From: an uncultured delta proteobacterium
GTDB taxonomy: Bacteria > Desulfobacterota > Binatia > UBA9968
Direction: 5' to 3'
DNA length: 64,000 bases
Assembly (NCBI GenBank): GCA_963737905.1
Contig: CAVTUQ010000007.1
Location: 64,001 to 128,000, forward strand
Made by a program: the position numbers and the translations under genes. Shown here one piece after another: positions 9,859-19,192 of the stretch. The notes under the pieces are model-generated. The model saw nothing but the letters and a program-made list of their open reading frames with translations. It was not told the DNA's origin and did not search any database. Numbering within the stretch: position 1 is the stretch's first letter; each line of letters opens with the position of its first letter.

Positions 9859-10248
9859 ACGCCGCAGGGAAAGCGAAAAAGGCAACGAACGCGCTCATCG
9901 GCGCCCTCGAAGAACATTGGCGGAAGTTCGATGGCTCGGTTCGGCTCTCTGGTTCGGCTTTTTCATCAGGGCTGCCTGCCCGATGCTGCGAGAAAGCAGC
10001 GCAAAAATTGCTGACCTGATTTTCACCTTGTTTGAAACGCGCGGCTGTTTGTTGACAATTTCGGTTGCATTGGGTCGAGTTTTATCCCCCCAGGAAGTTT
10101 CCTCCACATTCAGGGTCTTCTAGACATTTCCGGCGGTGATCGGCATTAAAGGTTTTTCCTTGAGTGCCGAATCTGAGATTTGCGGGCAGCATTTTTACGA
10201 ATTGAGAAAATGGGGGCAACCCCGAGGAATAGAAGGAGGGAATGTGCG

Positions 10249-10452
10249 ATGGAAGAAATTCTTACCGCGTCCCAGGTGGCGCACTTGCTCCAGGTGCATC
10301 CACGAACGGTTTACAAATTAGTCAAGCAAGGTTCCATCCCGGGCAGAAAATTCGGCGGTGGGTGGCGTTTCAGCAAGGGTGAAATCATGCAGATGATTTC
10401 GCCGCAAGGAGCCGACCGATCGACGCAGCCTCGAAGTGGAGACGAAGGGTAG
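10249..10452 (+). CDS. Excisionase-like helix-turn-helix protein
   Basis: MEEILTASQVAHLLQVHPRTVYKLVKQGSIPGRKFGGGWRF; AAGGAGG RBS. Confidence 0.88.
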   Translation: MEEILTASQVAHLLQVHPRTVYKLVKQGSIPGRKFGGGWRFSKGEIMQMISPQGADRSTQPRSGDEG

Positions 10453-10586
10453 CGAGGCCTTCGCTGTCTCCCGGTTCCTTGAACCCATGTTTCGACACGG
10501 GCCCTTGACTTCCGCTGGCTCCAAACGCTAGGAAGAATCCATCACAACATGCACCGACTCTTCTTGGAGTCAGTTAGGAAGATTGT

Positions 10587-11762
10587 ATGGATGGAGCTCT
10601 TTCAGGGATTAAAGTTGTCGAGGCGGCGAGCTATGTCACCGGGCCCTTTGCGTCTCAACTCCTGGCGGATATGGGGGCGGAGGTCGTCAAGATCGAGGAG
10701 CCGAAACGGGGAGACCCGTTTCGCGGCTGGGGCGAGAGGAACTATGCCGCGACATTCTGCAGCTTAAACCGCAACAAGAAAAGCGTGACGTTGGATCTGC
10801 GTACGGACGAAGGACGTGACATTGCCTTCAAGTTAATGGGCAACGCCGATGTGGTGATCCAAAACTTTCGCCCCGGAGTCATGGACAAACGCGGCTTGGG
10901 CTACGACGATATCAAAAAGGTTAATCCTAAGATTGTCTACTGTTCGATTTCCGGTTTTGGGCCTAAGGGCCCGTATCGCGACATGCCGGGGTATGACACG
11001 ATCGGGCAGGCGAGAAGCGGACTGTTGAGTCTCCTGACTGACCCTGGGAAGCCCCAGGGTATGGGGATTTCCTTTTCCGATCATCTAACCGGGATGTATG
11101 CGTGTTATGGAGTTTTGAGCGCGCTGGTGAATCGCATGTCAACTGGCGAAGGGCAGCACGTGGAAACGTCGCTGCTGCGCGCCTCGGTTTCGTTCGTGAG
11201 CGAAAACGCCGCCCGCTATTTTGAAACCGGGCATGTGCCGCGCCGCAAGCACCGGACCACCACGGCGGGTGTTTTCGCTTTCGAAGACCAGGACGGCTTG
11301 GCCTTTGTGCTCCATATGTCCTCACCCGACAAATTCTGGCTCGGCTTGTTCGACGTGGTGGGCAAGCCAGAATGGGCGCAAGATCCTCGATTCAATAATC
11401 GCAAAGGGCGGGTTGAGAATTATGATACGTTAGTCGAGCAGTTGCAGCCCATCTTCCGCGGCGGACAGCGGGAGGAATGGCTGCGCCGTCTGTTCGAAAA
11501 GGATGTTCCCGCGGCGCCGATCAACACGCTTGACGAAGTTTTCGCCGACCCACAAGTGAGAGAGTACGGGTTTCCGGTGGAAGTCGAGCATCCGAAGATG
11601 GGTAAGATGAAATTGATCGGCAACGCCGTCGACATGAGCCGTACGCCCCCGACCATTCACCAGCCGCCGCCGGTGCTCGGAGAGCATACGGAGGAGGTCC
11701 TTAGCGCGCTCGGTTATAACGCGGCTAATATCCCGTCGCTACGATCAAAAGGAGTCATCTAG
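10587..11762 (+). CDS. CaiB/BaiF family III CoA-transferase
   Basis: GPFASQLLADMGAEVVKIE, NRNKKSVTLDL, NFRPG, PGYD. Confidence 0.93.
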   Translation: MDGALSGIKVVEAASYVTGPFASQLLADMGAEVVKIEEPKRGDPFRGWGERNYAATFCSLNRNKKSVTLDLRTDEGRDIAFKLMGNADVVIQNFRPGVMDKRGLGYDDIKKVNPKIVYCSISGFGPKGPYRDMPGYDTIGQARSGLLSLLTDPGKPQGMGISFSDHLTGMYACYGVLSALVNRMSTGEGQHVETSLLRASVSFVSENAARYFETGHVPRRKHRTTTAGVFAFEDQDGLAFVLHMSSPDKFWLGLFDVVGKPEWAQDPRFNNRKGRVENYDTLVEQLQPIFRGGQREEWLRRLFEKDVPAAPINTLDEVFADPQVREYGFPVEVEHPKMGKMKLIGNAVDMSRTPPTIHQPPPVLGEHTEEVLSALGYNAANIPSLRSKGVI

Positions 11763-11764
11763 AC

Positions 11765-11822
11765 GGATTGGAGTAATGGAGTAATGCAGTATCGGTTTGC
11801 ATTACTCCAACGTTCCATCCGT
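11765..11822. repeat. Tandem 8-9-mer inverted array (GGAGTAAT)n-(ATTACTCC)n
   Basis: ggattggagtaatggagtaatgcag...cattactccaacgttccatcc. Confidence 0.7.
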
Positions 11823-11848
11823 CCAATCTCCAGTTGTCGTCATTCATT

Positions 11849-12313
11849 ATGCGCCACGCCAGTTTGGTTCCCCTGTCCCAAGACCACCACCACGGTCTTG
11901 CTCTGGCGCTCAAGTGTCGGAAACAAGCGCTGGGGCAAATCAGGCCGATGGGGGCGGAGGGGCTCCGGGAAAGAGCAAGAGAGTTCTTGGTCTTTTACGA
12001 GAGCAATCTGGTTCCACACTTTCGAGCGGAAGAGGAGGTCTTGTTCCCATTGCTCCGGTCGGCAGTCCCGGCGAGCGAGGAGATGATCGACGAGTTGGTG
12101 CAAAATCATGCGCAGATCCGCCAAGCGACCCCTCAACTGGAAGCGGGAACGGGTCTTGCCAAGTTGATCTTCGACTTGGGCGATCTCCTAGAGCGTCACA
12201 TTCGCAAGGAAGAGCGGGAGTTATTTCCACTCTTCGAGCAACACGTGGATAGAGAGAAGGCCGAAATCGCTGGGGTAGAGATGAAGAAGATTTTGCAATC
12301 CGCATCTATATGA
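11849..12313 (+). CDS. Hemerythrin-domain protein
   Basis: LSQDHHHGL, HFRAEEEVLFP, HIRKEERELFP. Confidence 0.88.
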   Translation: MRHASLVPLSQDHHHGLALALKCRKQALGQIRPMGAEGLRERAREFLVFYESNLVPHFRAEEEVLFPLLRSAVPASEEMIDELVQNHAQIRQATPQLEAGTGLAKLIFDLGDLLERHIRKEERELFPLFEQHVDREKAEIAGVEMKKILQSASI

Positions 12314-12376
12314 GAATCGAAGTGCCGATTTAGCTTTCCGTATTTAACTTGCTGAAATCTTAGCATAAGTGAAACA

Positions 12377-12730
12377 TTAGTCCATTATTTTCAGTAACGT
12401 GTGTCGTCTATTCTTGGTATAGGGTCTTACCTGACTGGGCCAACGACCGTCTTCGATTGCTTTATCCCATGCGGGACTGGTTAGAACTTCCGGGCTTTCA
12501 ATTTCATAGATCGCCGTGTAAAGCGGTTCATTGGGAATCTCTATGGTTTTTCTCTCTCCACCGATGTTCATCGTCAAAGTTCCGCGCTTATAGCGGGTGA
12601 CACCCAAGACCCCTGGGACTTTGCACAGATTGGGGACATGCTCTTTATCGTAGACTTCGTTGAAGATCGCTTCACGTTCCGGATCCACGTCCATGCTTGC
12701 AATCATCAAATACTTTGCTTTTCCTGCCAT
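12377..12730 (-). CDS. EthD/DUF4286-like dimeric alpha-beta barrel protein
   Basis: FNEVYDKEHVPNLCKVPGVLGVTRY, YTAIYEIESPEVLTSPAW. Confidence 0.75.
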   Translation of the reverse strand: MAGKAKYLMIASMDVDPEREAIFNEVYDKEHVPNLCKVPGVLGVTRYKRGTLTMNIGGERKTIEIPNEPLYTAIYEIESPEVLTSPAWDKAIEDGRWPSQVRPYTKNRRHTLLKIMD

Positions 12731-12765
12731 GATACCAAACTCCTTTCTAGTGGATAGACGTGAGT

Positions 12766-13125
12766 TCAAGTTCCCAAGAATGTTGCGATGTCGGGAGCGG
12801 GGGATTTGATCTCGACAACGATCGACTCTTCTAAGCCCTCGACGCCATGGGGAACTCCCTCCGGATGGCGACAGACATCGCCCGGGCCGAGAATATAGAC
12901 TTCCTTTCCGACGGTCATTTTGACCTTGCCCTTGACAACATACGCAAGCGACTCATGAGAGTGGATATGGAGCGGAGCCCCGACACCCGGTTGATAATGA
13001 ATCTCCAGCAAAGTCATTTCATCGCCTTTGATTAGCGGCTTCACCAAGAGATCGCCGTTCATCGGTTTCCCTTCGATGGATTTTACGACCAATCCTTTGA
13101 CCTCGGAATTCTTCGATAGTATCAT
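12766..13125 (-). CDS. Cupin-domain protein
   Basis: PLHIHSHES...PGD...PEGVPHGV. Confidence 0.88.
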   Translation of the reverse strand: MILSKNSEVKGLVVKSIEGKPMNGDLLVKPLIKGDEMTLLEIHYQPGVGAPLHIHSHESLAYVVKGKVKMTVGKEVYILGPGDVCRHPEGVPHGVEGLEESIVVEIKSPAPDIATFLGT

Positions 13126-13189
13126 GATATAACCCTTTCATTCTTTATTTTAAGTAGTTGTAAAACATGCGGAATATAATGCCGTATAG

Positions 13190-14014
13190 TCACGATAATT
13201 TAGCGGTAAAAACGGCACTGTCGTAAATGTCTGGGCGACGATTTTTGAGCAAGGGCAACTTCTCCCTCACTTCTCCAACCATCGAAAGGTCGAGGTCTAC
13301 GATTGCCAAGCCTTGGCACTCGCCCATATCAATGACGACTCGGCCAAAGGGATCCACGACCATGCTGTGGCCGATGTAAATATTGCCGACTTGGTCAGGA
13401 GCGATCACATAGCAACCATTTTCCAGCGCCCGCGCCCTCACCATGGTTTGCCAGTGTTCGACCTTCATATCGCCTGCAACCCAGCCGGAAGGGGACATGA
13501 GTATTTCCGCGCCCATCAACGTCAGGAGCCGGGATAATTCCGGGAAACGAAGGTCGTAACAGATCGTCATGGCCGCGGTGCCGATGGCGGACTTGAAGGG
13601 CTGTGTCAATTCCCTGCCGGCGAGGAATTTGTCGGACTCCTTGAAGCCCAGAGCATCGTAGAGGTGCAACTTCCGGTACACAGCCAAAAGATGGCCCGAG
13701 GCATCGATCCACATCGCCGTATCGTAAACACGGCCAGGTACATCGCTTTTCTCGTAGATCGTCGCCAGGGTTTCGATGTTTGCCGCCGCCGAGGCTGCGC
13801 GTAGGGATCTGGTAAAGGGTCCATCGAGAGTCTCCGAGATTTCGACGAGTGACTCGGCGGACTGTGTGGCCGGGGAAAAGGCCATGAGAAATTCCGGGAA
13901 GGCGACCATGCCAGCTCCTTTACTCTTGGCCTCGCTGATGAGTTCCCTGGCGAGATCCAGGTTAGCCGCCTTTTCAGTAGAGGACGTGATCTGTGCGAGA
14001 GCAATGCGTGTCAT
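13190..14014 (-). CDS. Carbon-nitrogen hydrolase (Nit1/YbeM-like amidase)
   Basis: FPE, YRKLHLYDA, ICYDLRFPE, RARALEN (E-K-C triad). Confidence 0.92.
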   Translation of the reverse strand: MTRIALAQITSSTEKAANLDLARELISEAKSKGAGMVAFPEFLMAFSPATQSAESLVEISETLDGPFTRSLRAASAAANIETLATIYEKSDVPGRVYDTAMWIDASGHLLAVYRKLHLYDALGFKESDKFLAGRELTQPFKSAIGTAAMTICYDLRFPELSRLLTLMGAEILMSPSGWVAGDMKVEHWQTMVRARALENGCYVIAPDQVGNIYIGHSMVVDPFGRVVIDMGECQGLAIVDLDLSMVGEVREKLPLLKNRRPDIYDSAVFTAKLS

Positions 14015-14029
14015 AGCAAGCAGGATACT

Positions 14030-14100
14030 TGGAGTGATGGAGTATTGGAGTGTTGGGATTCGGCTATTTCCCCAGTTACTCCATCACTCCAGTACTCCAA
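14030..14100. repeat. Tandem 8-9-mer inverted array (GGAGTRNT)n-(ACTCC)n
   Basis: tggagtgatggagtattggagtgttggga...ttactccatcactccagtactccaa. Confidence 0.8.
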
Positions 14101-14109
14101 TTCGTCTTC

Positions 14110-15165
14110 TTACACGTTCAAGGTCTGGCCTGCCCCCTTCTTTTTCACTTGCTCCAACACCAAGGCTCCCAGAGCCACATCCGCCACCCCTTGGCCGGCG
14201 TTGTTCTTGTAAACTGTAATTTGGTCCGCCTTGGTGCGCCCTTCTTTTTTGCCGGCGAGGATTTCTCCGATTTCAATCAATTGCTCCCACTTGATCACAC
14301 CGCGTTGTACCGGATCGTAAATATCCGCCTGTTCGTCCTGCATTGCCTGCTGCACCGAGACAATGCCGAGAACGTGGCTTCGCGCCAGGGTTGCATCGTC
14401 GATCTCCCGCCTCTTGGCCGCCGTGAATCCCCCCTTAACCAATCCAACGTTGCTGCCGACAATGGTCGTGACATGCTGGCCGGGTGTAAGCCAACTGCCG
14501 TCGAATACCGGAACGCTGGAGTTGGTTGCCGCCAAAACGATATCGACGCCGCGCAACGCTTCTTGCGGACTTGCGACCGGTGTGATGTTTAGGTTGGTTA
14601 CCGGGCCCATTTCCTCGACGAACTTGCGCCGGTTCTCGGGATTGCGGCTGTAGACTCTGACGTCCTTTAGTTTTCGCACCTGCATGAGCGCAAGCAGGTG
14701 ATTCTTCGCCTGGCCGGCGGCGCCGAAAAGGCCCAGCCGGGTGGCGTCGGGCCGCGCTAAAAGATCGGTGCCGACGGCGCTGGTGGCCGCCGTGCGAAGT
14801 CCGGTCACGGCGACGTTATCCGGCAGCTCGGCGCAAGTGATTTCGCCGACAATGATGCCTTTGAGTTCGCCTTCGGCGGCGTCGTATAGCACGATCACCG
14901 GGTGATTCAACCGCGGATAGACTTGCTCTTCGACCATGGGTTTGACCCATTCGCAGTGAGTCATGAGCCCGGTAGCACCGCTAGCAGGAACGCCGCCTTG
15001 ATGCACGCTTACACGGACACCGGTGGGAATGTGAATCCTTCGGCGCGGGGCGTTGAGTTGGGGACTTTCGCCCCATTCACGGAAGCCGGCGCGGACCGCC
15101 TCGACCGCAGCTTCCATGCCGACGATGCCGCGAATCTCCTGGGGGAGGATTAATACCGGTTGCAT
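14110..15165 (-). CDS. Ornithine cyclodeaminase/mu-crystallin family imine reductase
   Basis: TGLRTAATSAVG, GLFGAAGQA, ITVYKNNAGQGVADVA. Confidence 0.9.
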   Translation of the reverse strand: MQPVLILPQEIRGIVGMEAAVEAVRAGFREWGESPQLNAPRRRIHIPTGVRVSVHQGGVPASGATGLMTHCEWVKPMVEEQVYPRLNHPVIVLYDAAEGELKGIIVGEITCAELPDNVAVTGLRTAATSAVGTDLLARPDATRLGLFGAAGQAKNHLLALMQVRKLKDVRVYSRNPENRRKFVEEMGPVTNLNITPVASPQEALRGVDIVLAATNSSVPVFDGSWLTPGQHVTTIVGSNVGLVKGGFTAAKRREIDDATLARSHVLGIVSVQQAMQDEQADIYDPVQRGVIKWEQLIEIGEILAGKKEGRTKADQITVYKNNAGQGVADVALGALVLEQVKKKGAGQTLNV

Positions 15166-15202
15166 AGATCATCGTCCTCTTACGTGTCGTGAGGCCGCGC
15201 AA

Positions 15203-15763
15203 CTATAGAGTAGAAGCGACGGCTGGGCGGGCCACGAGGTCTTCTCCCCAGCGTTTCAAGTTGGGCAAGCTGTCGTCGATGGTTGCACCGTAGCGCTGCC
15301 GACGCGTATAGAACGGAATGAAAGTGATGTCCGCCAACGAGTAGTCTCCCGCGAAGTATTGCCTGCCCGCCATTTCCTGGTCGAGGGTCTGGAGATGCTT
15401 TTGCATCCGCTCTTTTGCTTTTTCCGGCTCTTTATCGTGAGTGAAGTCATGAGCCGCGGCATGCAGCCGGCTATTCATGAAGTCGATCCAGATCCGTATC
15501 CTTGCCCTTAGCAAATGATCGCCGGGCATGAGACGGGTCGCCGGATACTTCTCGTCGAGATACTCGTTGACGATGGCCGATTCATAAATCACCCCGTCGC
15601 CATCAATTAACACCGGAACTTTGGCGTAAGGGTTGACCTCCAGAAGATCTTTCGGTTTGTTTTTGAGATTCACTTCGATGAGTTCGTAGGGAATCTGTTT
15701 TTCCGCCAGGACAATCCTTGTCCTATGGGCGTAGGGTCAACCGTGGCTGGAGTAGAGCTTCAT
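15203..15763 (-). CDS. Glutathione S-transferase (omega-like), probable selenoprotein (TGA=Sec at 15737-15739)
   Basis: AAGGAGG RBS, ATG 15763, MKLYSSHG-TGA-PYAHRTRIVLAEK in frame with ORF 15203-15673 (NPYAKVPVL, YESAIVNEYLDE, YSLAD). Confidence 0.88.
15704..15731 (-). promoter_or_regulatory. Putative bacterial SECIS element (GST)
   Basis: CGCC-cau-AGGACAA-gga-UUGUCCU-GGCG; G-starting loop 20 nt after UGA. Confidence 0.72.
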
Positions 15764-15830
15764 AGAATCATCCTCCTTAACATCGCTTTACTTACCATCC
15801 CAGGGGGAAGATGACAACGTGACGCTGGGT

Positions 15831-16637
15831 CTAGCGTCGCCTTGTCTGAAGACGGTCCTGAAGTCCGTCACCGACCAGGTTGAGCCCGAAGACCGTGATC
15901 ATGATCGCAATCCCAGGGTAGGTCGTCAGGTTGGGCGCGACCAGCAAAAACTGTCGCCCGTCATTCAACATCGATCCCCAGGAAGGCGTTGGCGGTTCGA
16001 CTCCCAATCCCAGGAAGCTCAGGCTGCCTTCGGCGATAATTGCCGCCGCCAATCCAAAGGTGGCTTGGATTAGCACGGGAGGAAGAAGATTCGGGAGTAG
16101 GTGCCGCCTAATAAGCCGGCCGGGCTTGCAGCCGAGCGCCCGAGCCGCTTGGACGAATTCGCGCTCCCTCAGCGCGAGGATCTCGCCGCGGACCAATCGT
16201 GCATAGCCGGTCCAGCCGATCAAACAAAGCGCCAGAATGACGTGATCGAGACCCGGGCCGAGAACGGCGGTGAAGGCGATGGCAAGGAGAATGCCGGGAA
16301 AAGCCATGAGGATATCGACGAGACGCATGATCAATTGATCGGCCCATCCGCCGAAATATCCCGACAAAGATCCGATGGCCAAACCAATGGCAAGAGAAAT
16401 CATAACCGTAGTGGCACCCACCAGAAGGGAGATTCGCCCGCCGTAGAGAACCCGGCTCAGGATGTCCCGGCCCAACTTGTCAGTTCCCAGGGGGTTCTCC
16501 CTGGAATAGGTACGTAGATCATTGTCGAGGTTTTGTCGCGTTGGATCATGGGGTGCCAGAAGCGGAGCCATTAGTGCAGATAAGACGAGCAGGGTCAGGA
16601 TAACCGAACCAACGTAGAACCAGCGATTACTTTCCAT
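15831..16637 (-). CDS. Peptide/nickel ABC transporter permease (DppC-like)
   Basis: LGTDKLGRDILSR, EFVQAARALG, PSWGSML. Confidence 0.93.
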   Translation of the reverse strand: MESNRWFYVGSVILTLLVLSALMAPLLAPHDPTRQNLDNDLRTYSRENPLGTDKLGRDILSRVLYGGRISLLVGATTVMISLAIGLAIGSLSGYFGGWADQLIMRLVDILMAFPGILLAIAFTAVLGPGLDHVILALCLIGWTGYARLVRGEILALREREFVQAARALGCKPGRLIRRHLLPNLLPPVLIQATFGLAAAIIAEGSLSFLGLGVEPPTPSWGSMLNDGRQFLLVAPNLTTYPGIAIMITVFGLNLVGDGLQDRLQTRRR

Positions 16638-17550
16638 AGGTGATTCTTGGATCGACTAACTGATAGAAGATGTCCGTCACGAGATTCACCAGGAGGTATG
16701 AAGTGGCGATTACCAGCACGCAGCCCTGGACCAAAGGGTAATCGCGGCTCTGAATCGCCTGCACGGTCAATCGCCCGATCCCTGGCCAAGAAAACACCGT
16801 CTCCGTGATGATCGACCCGGCAAGCAACGAACCGAACTGCAAACTCATGATCGTGATAACCGAAAGCAGGGCGTTGCGAAGCGTGTGCTTGAGCCAGACT
16901 TTTTTCTCGCTAAGTCCCTTGGCGCGGGCGCTTCGCACATAGTCTTCGCTGCTCACTTGCAGCAAGCTCGCGCGGAGGATGCGGGTCAGTATCGCTGCCA
17001 TGCCCATCCCGAGCGTAAGCGATGGGAGAACTAAATGATCGAGCCCGTCGCGACCGGAGACCGGCGTCCAACCCAGTTGAATGGAGAAGATAATCATGAG
17101 CAGGGGACCAAGCCAAAAATTGGGCAGCGAAACGCCCAGAAGGGAAAATAATAGGGCGCCGCGGTCGGTTCCCGATCCCTTGTTGATTGCGGCTAGAGTC
17201 GCTAGAGGAAACGAGATGATTACCGCGATTGCCATGGCGCATAGAGTGAGCTCGATCGTGGCGGGCAATCTTGCGCTGATAAGGTCCGTGACCGAGGATT
17301 GCTCAACGAGCGAACGCCCTAGGTCTCCCCGTAGCAGCCCAGTCAAGAAATTACGATACTGAGCCATCAAGGGCTGATCGAGAGCCAGACTCCGGCGCAG
17401 CTCTTCTTTGTCCGCAGCACTGGCGGTTTCGCCCAGCATCACCTCGATGGGATCCCCGGGAACCAGATGGATCAAAAAGAAAACCAAAGTGAGCGCCCCG
17501 AATAGAGTGGGCAAAAGCAGCAACAAGCGCTGGGGAAGGTAACGGTTCAC
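16627..17550 (-). CDS. Peptide/nickel ABC transporter permease (DppB-like)
   Basis: LVPGDP, DYVRSARAKGL, RDYPLVQG; GTG start overlaps the upstream TGA. Confidence 0.93.
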   Translation of the reverse strand: MNRYLPQRLLLLLPTLFGALTLVFFLIHLVPGDPIEVMLGETASAADKEELRRSLALDQPLMAQYRNFLTGLLRGDLGRSLVEQSSVTDLISARLPATIELTLCAMAIAVIISFPLATLAAINKGSGTDRGALLFSLLGVSLPNFWLGPLLMIIFSIQLGWTPVSGRDGLDHLVLPSLTLGMGMAAILTRILRASLLQVSSEDYVRSARAKGLSEKKVWLKHTLRNALLSVITIMSLQFGSLLAGSIITETVFSWPGIGRLTVQAIQSRDYPLVQGCVLVIATSYLLVNLVTDIFYQLVDPRITYGK

Positions 17551-19145
17551 TTGGCAGCGGTTGGCGATCGAAACGAGACGTTTTTGAATCCAGTAAAATC
17601 GCCATCGGGATAGGGAACAAATCCCTGGAGAGAGGACGTTTTTACGACTACGTTTTTCCACCACCATAAGGGGATGTAAGGGAGATCTTCGGCGAGAATT
17701 CGTTGTACCTCGCCGTAAATGCGCTTTCTCTCGGTTATGTCCATCGTCCTTTGTCCCTTTTCCAATAATTGATCCACTTGAGGATTGCTGTAGTGCCCCC
17801 GGTTATCTCCATTAGGCGGCACGCTGGCGGAATGAAAAATCTGATAATAAATATCCGGATCCTGTATGCCGACCCACGCGAGGGAGTAGAGATGAAAGTT
17901 GCCCTTCTTAATGTCACTGAAGAAGGTACCCCATTCATAGGTGCGGATTTCCAGCTCGATGCCGACGCTCAGTAACTGTTCTTTGAGAGCTTCGGCAATT
18001 CTTCTCCGTAGATCGAGATTTGTGCTTTTAAAAGAGAGTTTGAATCGAGGTTGGGGCCCGTCACCATCTGGATCACGGAATCCAGCTTCATCCAGCAACC
18101 GTTTCGCCTTCTCCGGATCGTGAGGCCATTGGTCGACCGTACCTTCATAAGCCCAATTCAGCGGCGAAAGGAGGCCGCTGGCGGGAGTTCCGAGATCTTT
18201 AATCAGGTGGCGAATGATGCTTTTGCGGTCGATCGCATACGCCAATGCTTGACGTACCTTCTTGTGCTTGAGAATGGGGTGCGTCAAGTTGATGCCGATG
18301 TACTGAAACGTTGTGCCTTGACGGGCTTCGATGTCTGCGTCGGTGTTCTGCTTCAGCCAAGGGAGCACATCGGGTTCCAGATCGTTCTGCATGAAACCGA
18401 TGCTTCCCTTCTTGAATTCGAGAACGCGAACCATGGCGTCGGGAACCACTTTGAAGATCAGTCCCGCAATCGAAGGCTTCCCTTCCCAATAAGAGGGGTT
18501 CGCCTTTAAGGTCACCGCCTCTCCCGATTGGAGTGATTCCAGGATAAAGGGTCCGGAACCAGCAGGTGGAGTGGCGCTTGACGCGGCATCCCCAACGGAA
18601 CTCGAGGGAACGATGCCTATGGTAAAGTGCTCCGGAAAAGGCGCGTGGGGCGCCATCAAACGGAAGCGCAGGCGATAGGGTCCAAGTTCGTCGATCGCTT
18701 GAAGCGGTTTCAAGAGCGCCCGCTTAGGGGAGCGGTTCTTGGCTTGCATAATCGACTCATAGGTAAATTTGACATCCGCGGCCGTAAGCGGCGCGCCATT
18801 GTGGAATGTGACGTTCTTTCTTAGATCAAAAATATATGTCTGAGGGTCCACCCGTTGCCAATTCTCAGCCAATTCCGGTTGCAACCGTGAGTTCTCGTCG
18901 GAGCGCAACAATGAGTTATACATCAGACCCCCGATCCGCACGGAGTTCGCATCCGTCGAGTAACGCGGATCCAGTTGAAGCGGGTTGCTTTCGATGCCAA
19001 CGATCAAGTAACCGGGGCGATCGCCAGACGAGGAAGAAACACGACAGCCTCCCAACACGACGATCAGGCTGACGACAAGAAAGCGATGGTAGCGGGTGTG
19101 TCTCTTCAACCAGAAATTTCCCAAGGTGAAATTTTGACTAACCAT
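17547..19145 (-). CDS. Peptide ABC transporter substrate-binding lipoprotein (DppA-like; start uncertain)
   Basis: LGGC lipobox-like, LRKNVTFHNGAPLTAADVKFT, GSGPF, VRQALAYAIDR. Confidence 0.9.
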   Translation of the reverse strand: MVSQNFTLGNFWLKRHTRYHRFLVVSLIVVLGGCRVSSSSGDRPGYLIVGIESNPLQLDPRYSTDANSVRIGGLMYNSLLRSDENSRLQPELAENWQRVDPQTYIFDLRKNVTFHNGAPLTAADVKFTYESIMQAKNRSPKRALLKPLQAIDELGPYRLRFRLMAPHAPFPEHFTIGIVPSSSVGDAASSATPPAGSGPFILESLQSGEAVTLKANPSYWEGKPSIAGLIFKVVPDAMVRVLEFKKGSIGFMQNDLEPDVLPWLKQNTDADIEARQGTTFQYIGINLTHPILKHKKVRQALAYAIDRKSIIRHLIKDLGTPASGLLSPLNWAYEGTVDQWPHDPEKAKRLLDEAGFRDPDGDGPQPRFKLSFKSTNLDLRRRIAEALKEQLLSVGIELEIRTYEWGTFFSDIKKGNFHLYSLAWVGIQDPDIYYQIFHSASVPPNGDNRGHYSNPQVDQLLEKGQRTMDITERKRIYGEVQRILAEDLPYIPLWWWKNVVVKTSSLQGFVPYPDGDFTGFKNVSFRSPTAAK

Positions 19146-19192
19146 ATCCCGTTTGCTACGATGGGTCAATTTTTCCACGATTGATCGATATC

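Noticed and set aside
10249-10452. Excisionase-like gene as a prophage marker
   Set aside because: No integrase, att site or phage genes nearby; likely a standalone regulator.
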